Positions 36,216-46,706 of a stretch of 64,000 nucleotides of DNA are shown here, piece after piece (the first letter of the stretch is position 1; each line of letters begins with the position of its first letter). Under the pieces are notes generated by a model. The model was not told the DNA's origin. It worked only from the letters and a program-made list of their open reading frames with translations, and did not search any database. Made by a program: the position numbers and the translations under genes. Origin of the DNA: Klebsormidium nitens (Eukaryota > Plantae > Klebsormidiophyceae); the NCBI GenBank assembly GCA_000708835.1, contig DF237102.1, forward strand, positions 106,153 through 170,152. The letters run 5' to 3'.

Positions 36216-36745
36216 AGCACTGCACTTGGAAAGTGTTAATACGCTGGTGTACCTAGGCCGTCGTTTTCAACCGCAATAGGCCGGTAGTTCTGACACATGA
36301 CACGAGCAGTCCGGGCGGTCTGACAGCCATAAATGCTACTCTTCGATACTGTTCCGGTCCCCGGTACTTTAGCGGCTATGGTTTAGGTAGCTAACTGATG
36401 GTTAGATTGTCGGAAAAGAGAACGAACAGTCCCCGGGTCAGGGCAGAACCAAGACCTAAACCGGCAAATCTACGCCCTTCGCACCCCTGCACATCATAAA
36501 CTACCAACCTAACCCTACCCGTTCCCCGTGCTGCGACCTTGTCCTATGCGGTCTGAACCAGCCGCGAGTCCCCGCTACTGTCCGAAAGAAGGTAGCCGTC
36601 GATTACTTGCCAGAGTGCCACGCGGCGGTCGATGCGTAGCGCGTCAGCTCATAGATTATGGAAAGATTGTGCCGGGCATCACACTCGTGGGAGTGCAAAC
36701 ACACAGCTGCCACAGAGGCTGTTAACACTTTCCAAGTGCAGTGCT
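36216..36745. mobile_element. Back-to-back 24-bp inverted repeat with TTAA at the inner ends (piggyBac-like termini, putative)
   Basis: agcactgcacttggaaagtgTTAA (36216-36239) is the exact reverse complement of TTAAcactttccaagtgcagtgct (36722-36745). No transposase recognised. Confidence 0.45.
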
Positions 36746-37316
36746 TTGACCTTTTTGCCACACGGACAGGCTGTATGCTCGCGAAACTAAAATCCTTCTG
36801 GCACATGTGCGCTTATATCCTTGTAGCCTATAAGGCCTCTAGCTTACAACACGATCATTTCATCACGCGGTCCATCTGTGGACATGGACGGTCCATGTGC
36901 ATGGACTATACTGTTGTTGGAATTTGTTGTTTGCCGCCGTACGTCCAGACTGAGAGATACCGTGGCTCTACTCCTCGCAAGATTTGTTGTGCAAGCCAGT
37001 GGGATTGGACTTTAGCTTGGATTTGCAATATCGGTGAATTGTCATGCTGCATGGAATGACCTCTCATATGCGCACTCAGTGCATTTAGTGAATCGTGACA
37101 GTCAGTTCATGTTTACAGGAAGCATGCAGAATGTTCCTTGCAACTGGGAGTGTGAAGATATGATATCTCTGAAGACATCTATGCGTTTCGAATCTTCATC
37201 CATGACGCTTTCAAGGTTGCAAATAGCACGACTGCGAGCATTTCTAATCCTAACCTAAAGTACCATCAAGCGCGCTTGCAGGTTGCAATAGCAGCCATAA
37301 CCGAGCGCACCGTCTA

Positions 37317-40300
37317 CTAATGGTAGCCTAGAATATCGTCAAATGCGCACTCAGACGGCAACCGGAACGAAGCTACCGTGAACAGGCCACCACTCGTTCG
37401 CAACTGTGCATGGTAGAATCGTACCCCCCAGGAACGCACACCAAGCGCGTCATAGATTTGCTGCAGTGAGGAAAAGCGATTGGGCGTCAAGCTTTCAATT
37501 GCGATCCTGGGCGCAACATTAGGCAAAGGAAGTGCTGCTTCTTGAGCTCGTTGAATACTCTCTTGACAGAGAAGCTTGTGCCCGTCAAGGTGGAAAAATC
37601 GGTGTGAAAGGCATTGTTGCTTTCAGCACCTTCGCAAGGGACGTACCGCACTTGTGCATCTGCAAGCAGGCTCCAAACAGGAGGACCAGAACAGATCAAA
37701 GGGCCAGCAGCTTTGAGAACTTTGAATAGACATCCTTTCTCACAGAATCAAAAATGGCAGTGAACTTTTAGCAACAGCTTTGCGAGTTGCTTCTGACCAC
37801 TTCGAGCGGCTTTGGACATTCTGAATCGTTGCATCAGAACAGCTGGCATCGCAAAACAAACGGTGCGAACATGCCAGCCCGAAAGTCACCTTGCAAGAGC
37901 CCAACTTCTTACCTCCGTAATTTCGGCTTCCGGGTCGTCGGTTCGGGGGATGGTGTAAATGTGCACCTGCGGCAGCGGCCGCTCGCCCCAGAGCCCGCGG
38001 TTGAAAGAGCCTCTGAACGCCTCTGGGAGCAAGGAAAAAGAAGATGCATTTATAGAGATAGAGTTTAAATACCTATGAGTATCAAAGAGCTATAAGACAC
38101 GCCCGGGGAACGGGTGGGGTTGGAATGGTGGGTTAGGGTGCGGACCTCGTCTGTTGAGGAGGAGGATTTTTAGTTACGCTGCTGCCCCGGCCGCCTTTCT
38201 ACAGGTATAAAATTCTTCAGAGTATTCAAGTCCATGGATATATGCATAAGAGTCCAAAAATCCGACATCAATGGGAGACCGAGATACCCAAGGGGAACGA
38301 TTCCGCGAAGGAATGACTGCTCAATGGAGGGCCAAGAGACCGCCATACCAGAAGACCCAACGTAAGGTTTGGCATCGACGAGGAATATTGGGCTGCCCAC
38401 GTTTGCCTCCGTAACGACGGCAATCTACGTAAGACTCGGCCCTGTCTAGTTGCCAAGCAGGAACACATCCACAACGGTTCCGGTGATGTTAAACGCTTCT
38501 CTCGGCAACCGTAGCCTCTTTAATGGACACACGAACCTGTCAACCTTGCTGGATTACAGGGGAACAAACAACGAAGAAATACAGTAAAGAGGGGGTTAGA
38601 AACGTAGTTGCCGTCAACCAGAGAGCTCAAACGGGCTCCGACCCACCCAAGACTCGACAGGACCGCCCCCTGAGGTCCAGGACAAAGTGGGTGACGTAGC
38701 ACCGGGGGCTGGCGCTGTGGATCTCCCGGATAAAGTCTTCCGGCTCTAGTTGCCAGAGGCGCATGTTCCGCTCCGTTCCGTTCAGCTCCGCGTTCCGGGC
38801 CAGGTAGCAGAGCGCGGCCGGATTGAAGTCGCAAGCGTGGACGAAGCGCACGCGTCCCGCGGCGGCGACTGCAAAGGCGCCGATGCCTGCAGTCGCGTCG
38901 CCTGTGGAGCGAAGTATGACGTCAGGATTGAGAACGAAGCAACGAGGGCCGACGTCACGTTGAGCAAGTTGGCTCCTTGCAGGAACAATCGGGAAATTGC
39001 TTTTGCTGATAAGGCAGGCCTTATGTAAAGCTGACTCCAAAAGAGGTAGCGTCATGCTGAGCAGTGCACGTGCTTGAACTTGGGAAAACTTGGCAAGTGA
39101 TTGACTGCGAGAGAAGTGTGACGCAACACAGGTTGAGAGAGACAGAGAGAGAGGGACCAAGACAGCGACCACAGACAATGCCAGCATCGCCGACGGCAAT
39201 GAGAGGTAGCGAAGGCAGGGAAGAACCTATTCAACGGGGACGAAGGCTCGACAAGTGCTGCTCAGTCAGGGACTCCAGCTTGGACAGACGTCACTCCTAG
39301 TGTAGCTTTCACGGGATTGTGACGAGGGGGTTCACGAACCGCGTCTGAAATGTGCACCCGTGAAGGTGACGTCTTCGATGTCTCCTTTCACGGAGGTACA
39401 ATCCTTACAGGTCAGAACAAACAAAGGCTCCCAATATAAAAACCGGTAAAAAGCGAAGCAAGAAGAAAGGAGGTACAAACGAGACACGACAGCTCACATA
39501 CGACGTCAGCCGCGGTGAACGTGTCGAGCAGGCGCTGCCGCTCGGCGGCCATGCTGACGTCATAGCGCACCGCCCCCAGGTCCATCTCGAGCCGCACGCC
39601 GTTCTCCAGCGCGGTCGTGAAAAAGGAAGTCGCGCCCGCAACGAGCGCCGGACGGTCCGAAAGACGGGACGGGTGCGCTAGGACCGTCCGGACGTGGGGG
39701 TGCTTGTCGACCAGAACCTGTTTCAGTAACACGTGCCAGCTGTCAAAAACTTATGAGATAATCACGTCACTGTCCGACTTCTTTGAGGGATTCGCTGCAC
39801 CCGCGACGAGCGCCGGACGGTCCGAAAGAGCGTCCGGGTGCGCTGGGTCCGTCCGCACGTGGGGTGCTTGTCGACTAGTCACCAGTTAAGAATAACGATG
39901 ACGTCAGCGAGTTTTTCACCGGCCGCCTTGCTCGAAATTCGTGAGCCACGAGAGCCGGGCGATCCAGTAGAGTGTCCGAGTACGTGAGCCGGGGTGCTTG
40001 TCACCCAGCTACTCTCTGACGAGAAGGTTAGAATAGAATCAGTGATGTCAGCAACGTTTCGAGGCGTCTCTTCATATGCGCATCATCGAGAAAGGAAGGT
40101 CATAATTGACCTTGGAGCTTGCTAAGGAGCTTCCCGAATCTTGATGACGTCCGAAATACAGATCGTTCTTCCGTGTAAAGTCGCCTTGCCCAAGAGGTCG
40201 GTACTAGCTCGTCTTCAGTGAACAGGTCCCAAAAAGACGAGTAGGGTATGAATTGGCCTTGACACACTACAGTAGCTTACAGGGCGGCCAGTACCCAAAC

Positions 40301-43300
40301 AGCGACAGTTGACGGGCGAAGTGTCGAATCGAGATAACGTTGTCAATAAGTCCATTTCAACCAGGACGGGGTCACTCTGGTTTTGCCTGAGCTTTGAGTA
40401 CGTCATTCCTTGCTGTTCAGTCAGGCGTCTTCAGCCAATGGATGTCCTCTTACTAGCCAACACTTTACCTTGCAGCTTCGTCTTCTGGTTGGGAGTTTCC
40501 AGCGGACTTGTCAACCGTGATCGATGCAGAGTATCATCTGAGCTTACCTGGCCGATCATCTGCTTTCGTTCTAGATCCTCTCCGCCCCCGTATAGAATTG
40601 CCAGGTGGCCCACGTACTCCACGTGCACCTTCGCTTCTCCACTTGACACCAGGTACCCAATTGCCTCGTCCACAGTCCAGTACTCGTAGCCCAGTGTCAA
40701 ATCGCAGGCGACCAAAACCGCCCCTTTAACTGCCTTCAGCCCACCCTCCGAGGGACACGCCCCTACGACCAAGCGCACGATTTTTGGCAGATAGCTTATC
40801 CCCCCGCCGGCCAGGCCCTCGTTCAGCAGCAGGAGGCGCGCAGACCCGCCACTTGGCACGCCCGTAGTGGTCCACGTGGCGTCCGGATCGCTTAAACCAG
40901 TGTCCGAACGGCTCAAGAGGGGCCGGAGGGTTTCGGACAGACCGAGACTCGAGGCGCCAGCCGAGCTGACGTCAGCATTGACGTCAGCGTCGTTTGTACT
41001 GATCTCCCTTACGACTGTGAGCCCGACTCCCTTGTTCACCTCTTTTTGGACGCTGTTTCGGACGCTGGGCTCGGGTGTCCGTAACTGCGTCCGTTTCTGC
41101 GCCGGCTCAGAAGCGAGACGCCGAAGCGCAGCCTCTCGCTTCTCTCGCGAGCTCAGTTGTTGCGGTCCAGGTGTAGTCGCGCTTTCTGCCATTTGGACGT
41201 CCGGGGAATCGAGCTTTGAGTCGTCTCCGAATTGGACGTCGGAGCTCTCAGCGTCGAAGGGTGGGGCGGTGGCAGCAGTGGGAACGGGCCACGTATTGGC
41301 AATGCGGGGCCAGTGCAAAAGGTGACCCTGCAAATTCCGATAACAACCGGTGGGTGAGAAGAAAAAACAAGGTTCGAGAATTGAGGCTGTAAGTACTGCA
41401 GTGTTTGGCAGACTTGTCTATGCTGATTGAAAGCAAACTTCCAAGTTTTGCCGTCCACTTGCCATACTGTTTGGCTCAATTGCATGACCAGGAGTGAAGC
41501 TGCCGAAAGAGCCCCCGGCCAGGTTGCTTACTTTCCAGTAAGTCTCTGACCGCAGTTGTGTAGCTTTTCGTGAATCATTGACCGCGACTGCGGAAAGTAG
41601 AACAAAAGAAAGGTAAATCCGAGCAACAAGCGAGCGAACACGGAACGAAACAAAAAACTCTCACCTCCAGCCGGGCCGCCAGTTCTGCCGCCTCTTGTTC
41701 TGGTACCCGTAGCGCGAGCACCCGAAACGTGCGCGTCAGGAACTCCCTCGTATTTACCGACACACTCATCGGCGACTCCACGCCCTTTGCCGACCCCTCG
41801 TGGTCGCCGAAACTTTCCATCTCATCTCCGGGTGCCGTTTCAACCTTCGGAGCACCGGTTGACGTTGCCCCCGCAGGAGTGACGTCAGCATGGGTGGACC
41901 GCTCGTCGGACCCCTCGAAGGAGCGCGGCAGATGGGCGTCTGACGTGGCCGCCTCGACGATGACGTCAGCCGGAGGCGCGGCTCGGGTGAGAATCGCCGA
42001 GCTGTTAGCGAAGCCGTTGAGAGGACGTCCGCGAAAAGGGTCTTGAGCCGCTGCCGTCGGACCGTCTGAACGCCCTCTCCCGATCGCAGGGTTATCTGCT
42101 TTCCACCCGCTTTGGTCCTCACCGTTAGCCGCATCGTCTGCGGTTTCACCACTCAACGCCCCGTTCCCCTCGCTCGCGAAAGCTTCCCTCCCCGCAAGTC
42201 CCCCCTGTCGCACAATCAGCCCGACTGCATCAACCGCTTCCAACTCCCACTCGCCCGCGTCAGAATTCGGCTCTCGCTCGGCCTCTTCCCGCCTGTCTAC
42301 CACGAGACTGATTCTACTCTGCGCCGCAACCGAAACCCGTTTCTCAAACCACCCCCCTTCCCGGTCGCTTCGCTTCTTCAATTTCTTCAGCCGCCGCAAA
42401 CGCGCGTACCGCCATTCGAGCACCTTCAGTCCAAGCCTCGCGGGTTCCGAAACCCGGGGGGGCTTGTCCAGCTGCTTGTCGCCCTTTTTGCCCCTGCCCG
42501 AACGCGCCCCGCCCCCCGACAGGGCCCTTCCCCCTTGCAACTCTTCGCTCCGCTCCCTTATCCTCCTCTCCTGCTCTTCGTTCAACCACCCCCGCGAAGC
42601 AAACAAACTTCGCTCCTCGTCTCCTCCGCGCGCCGAAAATCGGTCAACCGACCCCAACTCCACAGAGCGTCCCCGGACATATACGCTCCCGAGGGGATCG
42701 TTTGGGGGGGGGCGACGAGTGAGCGCTTTGGGCAGGGCGCGCAGTCGCCGGGTCATCTTGGCAGTCACCGGGTAGGGGCGCTTGTATTTCGGCGGGGGGG
42801 GGTCTTGGAGAACCGGGGCGGACTCGGGGAATGGCTCAAGTGCGACGACGCCGTGGCCGGGGAGCCACGTATCGTGGTAGACCTGATCGGAAAGGAAACT
42901 CATGAAGCACATAAATGACAACTTAACATTTGAACAGCAACTGACAGTAACGCAGACTTCGAGCACGGAGTGATCTGGGAGCCAAGCTCCGTGGTAGACC
43001 TCTCCGGAAGGAGAAAGTCTCAGATACAAGGTAAGTCCCTCTGAAGAGCGAAACATTGATGATAGGATACCGAACTCGGTGGTGAAAGATCACTCTGATT
43101 GCGGTCTGCTTTTTCACACTCAATGCCATCCTGAACGTAAAGACGTGCGCCGCCGTCCTCAACTGTTGCGTCGATGTTCCGAAGCTCTCTTTGTCTCTGA
43201 CTCTTAGCATCGACCTGTTCAAGTGAGCCAGAGTCGTGTTGAAGACCTGATTGACGAAAAATCGGGAATGTCCTAGTGTCAATGTACGCCCTCTTAGTCG

Positions 43301-45643
43301 TTTGAAGCGACGAGTAAGAAGATGTATGCGGTTTAGCAACCAATGGCACTTCCAAAGTTTTCCTGAGGCAGGAAAGCCTCCAGCCAAGCCCCACTCCTTC
43401 TGCCCTTTCACCTGCTGCCAGCCAATCTATGTTTTGGTCTGGCGCTTTCTTTCTCCCTGTATAGCTTTCCTAGTTTCTTTCGCGTGAAAGAAGCTGGGTT
43501 TTGCCTCGAGGCCGTTTCCCCAACAGATCACCACAGGGCTTCGGCCTCGCCCTACGAAAGAGCCCAGGATTCTTGAATAGGGCCAACCCTCTTCGAAGCA
43601 ACAGTCCTGCTACAAAGGACAAAACAGAAAGTTTACCGCTGCAACCACTACCGCGTATTGTCATCTCACCTGCAGCCAACCGCGGGTATCCTCAATCTTG
43701 CTCTCCTTCCAGAGCCGCCCCACGTGGAGCTTCCCGTACTTGGTCTCCAGGTGCTCCAGAAATGCGCGTCGCGCAAAGCGCTCCACTTCCTCCGCGCTTC
43801 CCTCGTTCTGCAACCGCTCAAAAGCTGGCCCCTTCCGGTAGACCCGTCGCAGTTCTCCAGACTCCGCCCGACCCTCTTTTCGAGGATCCTCCCGTGCATT
43901 GTTCCCCTCTCTGTTCTCCTGGGGCTCAAAACCCCTTGGATCATTCTGCCCCGCTCTAGTTTTTGCGTTGGCAATGCCAGCTCCGACGTTCTGCCCCGAC
44001 GTTTCCGCCCAAACGACCCGTCGCTTATCCATAGCATACGACTCTGAGGCCGCAAACTTCTCCCCCTGTCTGGTGCCGTTGGTTCCCGGGTCGCTTGTCC
44101 TTAAGCGCTCCCTGTAACCCCTCAGTTCGTTCTGCCAAACTTCTTCTTCTTGAGGGTCAGAAGTTCTGACCCTACTGGGTAACCCCTCTTCTGACGCCGT
44201 CTCCGCACGGTCATCGCCTCTGATATCCTCTTTACTAATCCTAACCCAAACCCCGTCAGACCCATCCGCCTCGTTCGTAACCAACCCTTCCTCAACCCCG
44301 TTCTCTGTTAACCCGCCTTCCGGTGACCCCCTCCCCCGCATCTCTTTCTCTATCGCCCTTTCCATTCCCACCGACTTTGCAATCTTTGCGATCTCCGTAT
44401 CTCGCCTCCGCTCCACCCACCCCTGCCCCACCACCTTCCACCCGCCTATCCTGTTAACGATGTTCTTAACCCCCTTGGATTCAGGGAGGGTTAAGCCGTA
44501 CTTCTCCTCTAACCACCGCCGCTCGAGCTCGCGCTTATGCTCCCGCTCAGCCCGTTTCGGCCCCTGCTTATCCCTCTTCCCCAACCGCTTGATCCTCAAC
44601 TGCTTCCCAGTGTCCTCAACAAAGTACCTCCGGTTATCCCCCTGAAACGCTGGCCCTGGGGTGCCGGCGAAAACTGACCCCACCTCTCGTTGCGACCCCT
44701 GGGGCCGCTTCCAGAGGAAGATGCTCGCCTCCCACTCTTCATCCCGCTCGAAAACAGGGCCCTCATCTAGTTCCTTATCTGATTCTAGAATGTGAAAACC
44801 CCGGAGGTCAGTCTGCACTTCTTCCAGGAAGTTCTGTGCGGCTGGCGGCGGAGGGCCTTCACACCTGGTTTGCCAGCGGGGTTCGCTCTTAACCTGGGGT
44901 TTGCTTGGGCTCGCATGAAGATGGGACGCCCTTCTGATTGAGTCCTGATCATCCTCATCCAACACAGGAGCGGACGCGACCTCCCCCAAATTGACACCAG
45001 GCGTGCTTGCTGACTTTCCCCGGGCAACCTCTGAAAGCGGAGTCAACCGGCCGGCCGACTCCCCCTCCCCCGTTAAATTGACCCTGAACTTCTGAGACAG
45101 GGGGACGAAATTAACGCCCCAGTTCTCTTCCACCAAGGAGGCCTCAACGCTTTGAACTTGCCCAGAAACCGCGTTGCAGAGAGAGGCACGATTCATACTG
45201 CTCGCAGTCTGTAAAAGCTCCCCCCCAAAGGGCGACCTGACCTGCTTGTGCGCAGATTGTACACAGCCTACATTGATACGACGCCTCACCTGAGAATCTA
45301 GACCGTCAACTCGGAATGCGCTCCTAAGCAACAAGTGTCCCCTATACAAGGTGCGGACCCCACTCTGCGGCCGAACACGCAGCCAGCCCCTACCCCCCAG
45401 AAATTGACTGCTCGCACATCCAGACAGAGTTGTTGTAGTTCGAAAACCACTTTGTCTGGAGTCTCTAATGCTCCGGCAGGGACAGGAGAGCAGGTGTGCT
45501 GCCGGGAGTTTGACACTTCTTCCTTTTACACCCAGGCTGCACCTATCTGTGCAGATCTTGTAGGGGTTGGCCAACTTGGACAGTGTCATGACGACCAAGG
45601 ACACTACCTGAAGAATGAGAGGAAACAGAGCCCATTTGGACAT
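37317..45643 (-). CDS. TRM5: TRM5/Met-10+-like tRNA (guanine-N1)-methyltransferase homologue (plant TRM5b-like) with a long N-terminal extension
   Basis: Phase-consistent exons 45643?-43670, 42882-41665, 41327-40548, 39717-39498, 38901-38647, 38022-37913 and 37460-37317. Motifs matching plant TRM5b as recalled: FLTRTFRVLALRVP..ELAARLE|GHLLHWPRIAN, ARLLLLNE, LVACDLTLGYEYWT, VGHLAIL, VLVDKHPHVRTV, ENGVRLEMDL, AERQRLL, VVCDATAGIGAFA, ACDFNP, EAFRG, LPQVHIY, ASFRLP. Confidence 0.85.
39800..40010 (-). repeat. Two decayed copies of the 5' end of TRM5 exon 39717-39498
   Basis: 39800-39885 repeats the exon start (LVDKHPHVRT..AHP..LSDRPALVAG) almost verbatim; a more decayed copy with ggggtgcttgtc lies at ~39945-40010. 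Confidence 0.88.
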
Positions 45644-46330
45644 GGACGGCAGTGGGTAAGTTGAAGAAGTTCAATGCCACCTTTGATGACCACGATAAGG
45701 GGGTTCATCAGGGTCATAGGCACACTTTAAAAAGTAATAACCAGCTCAGCAACAAGCGGTGGTTGCCACGGAAGCGCACAAAGTCAGGCAGTCCTGAATA
45801 AGGCAAGGGTGCTCAGGTAGCAATCTGCTCTTGTTGTTGGTTGAGAATAGTAAAGGCCTTTAATGGGGTGGTGGTGCGAAAGCTTTCTTGATATTGCTGC
45901 TTAAATTTTTTGCCAGTCTATTGCTAGCAGGGGCATCTGAGGAACAGACACAGCATTCCTGACAGCTGCGAGATAGAACCCTGAAAAGCTCACGCCAGCA
46001 TCAACCTGAGCGCATTTGGCTGCTTACCACCAATGACGTGCGTGTCCACTCAGCATCTCCTTTGCAGGGACCATATGTAGAGAAGTAAGGTTAACGCGCC
46101 CGTTGGAGCGAGGCACAGGAAAGATGTGGTCTCAATTGTCTATTGACCGGCCCAAGTAAAGGAGCAGAGCAGAGAACTCTGTGTGTGCGCCACCATGAAG
46201 CCAATCAAAGCTACAACTTTAACAACTTACTACCGTATTACAACTTACAAGTTCGAGCCTGGCCCCTTTTCTCAGAGCGATTTTTGCCAGCCAGCGCGGC
46301 CGCGCTATTGAACCAGCGGCCGCGCCACGA

Positions 46331-46359
46331 GGCGGAGGTTTTAAATGTAAAACCCCGCC
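46331..46359. other. GC-clamped hairpin in the divergent promoter region between TRM5 and the REase-kinase gene
   Basis: GGCGG(A)GGTTTTA-AATG-TAAAACCCCGCC: 12-bp stem with one bulge and a 4-nt loop. Confidence 0.45.
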
Positions 46360-46706
46360 GCTTTTCCACTGATCGGACAGGACCACGCGGCCGCCACCGC
46401 GCAAGGTCTTGGAGCTCTAGCCATCTCAGTCTGGCATGATGCGCAACATCTCACAAAGCAGGTTGCATGCACGCTCCACTAACTTAGGTTGCAGACCTGT
46501 GAGAATATTCTGGGAAGCCTAGGCGGAATCTGTGCTAGGTGAACGCACAAAGGTCTTGCAGTCAGAAGCGGTGCGCCTCTCTTGGTTGCCGGAATAATAG
46601 GTTCCATTTTTTTGTTGCTTTACCAGCCGAGCGCTAGCGCTTGACCTTCGATAAATCTTTTCGGCCGCTCCTGAATATTCTCTCACATTGCAACACTTGG
46701 AAAGAG

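Noticed and set aside
35400-36400. Decayed LINE on the minus strand (NYRPIAVEN at ~36255-36285, ARCLILANS, HILLDC)
   Set aside because: Motifs are isolated, in different frames and far too close together; no YADD or QG core, and the CCHC spacing is wrong.
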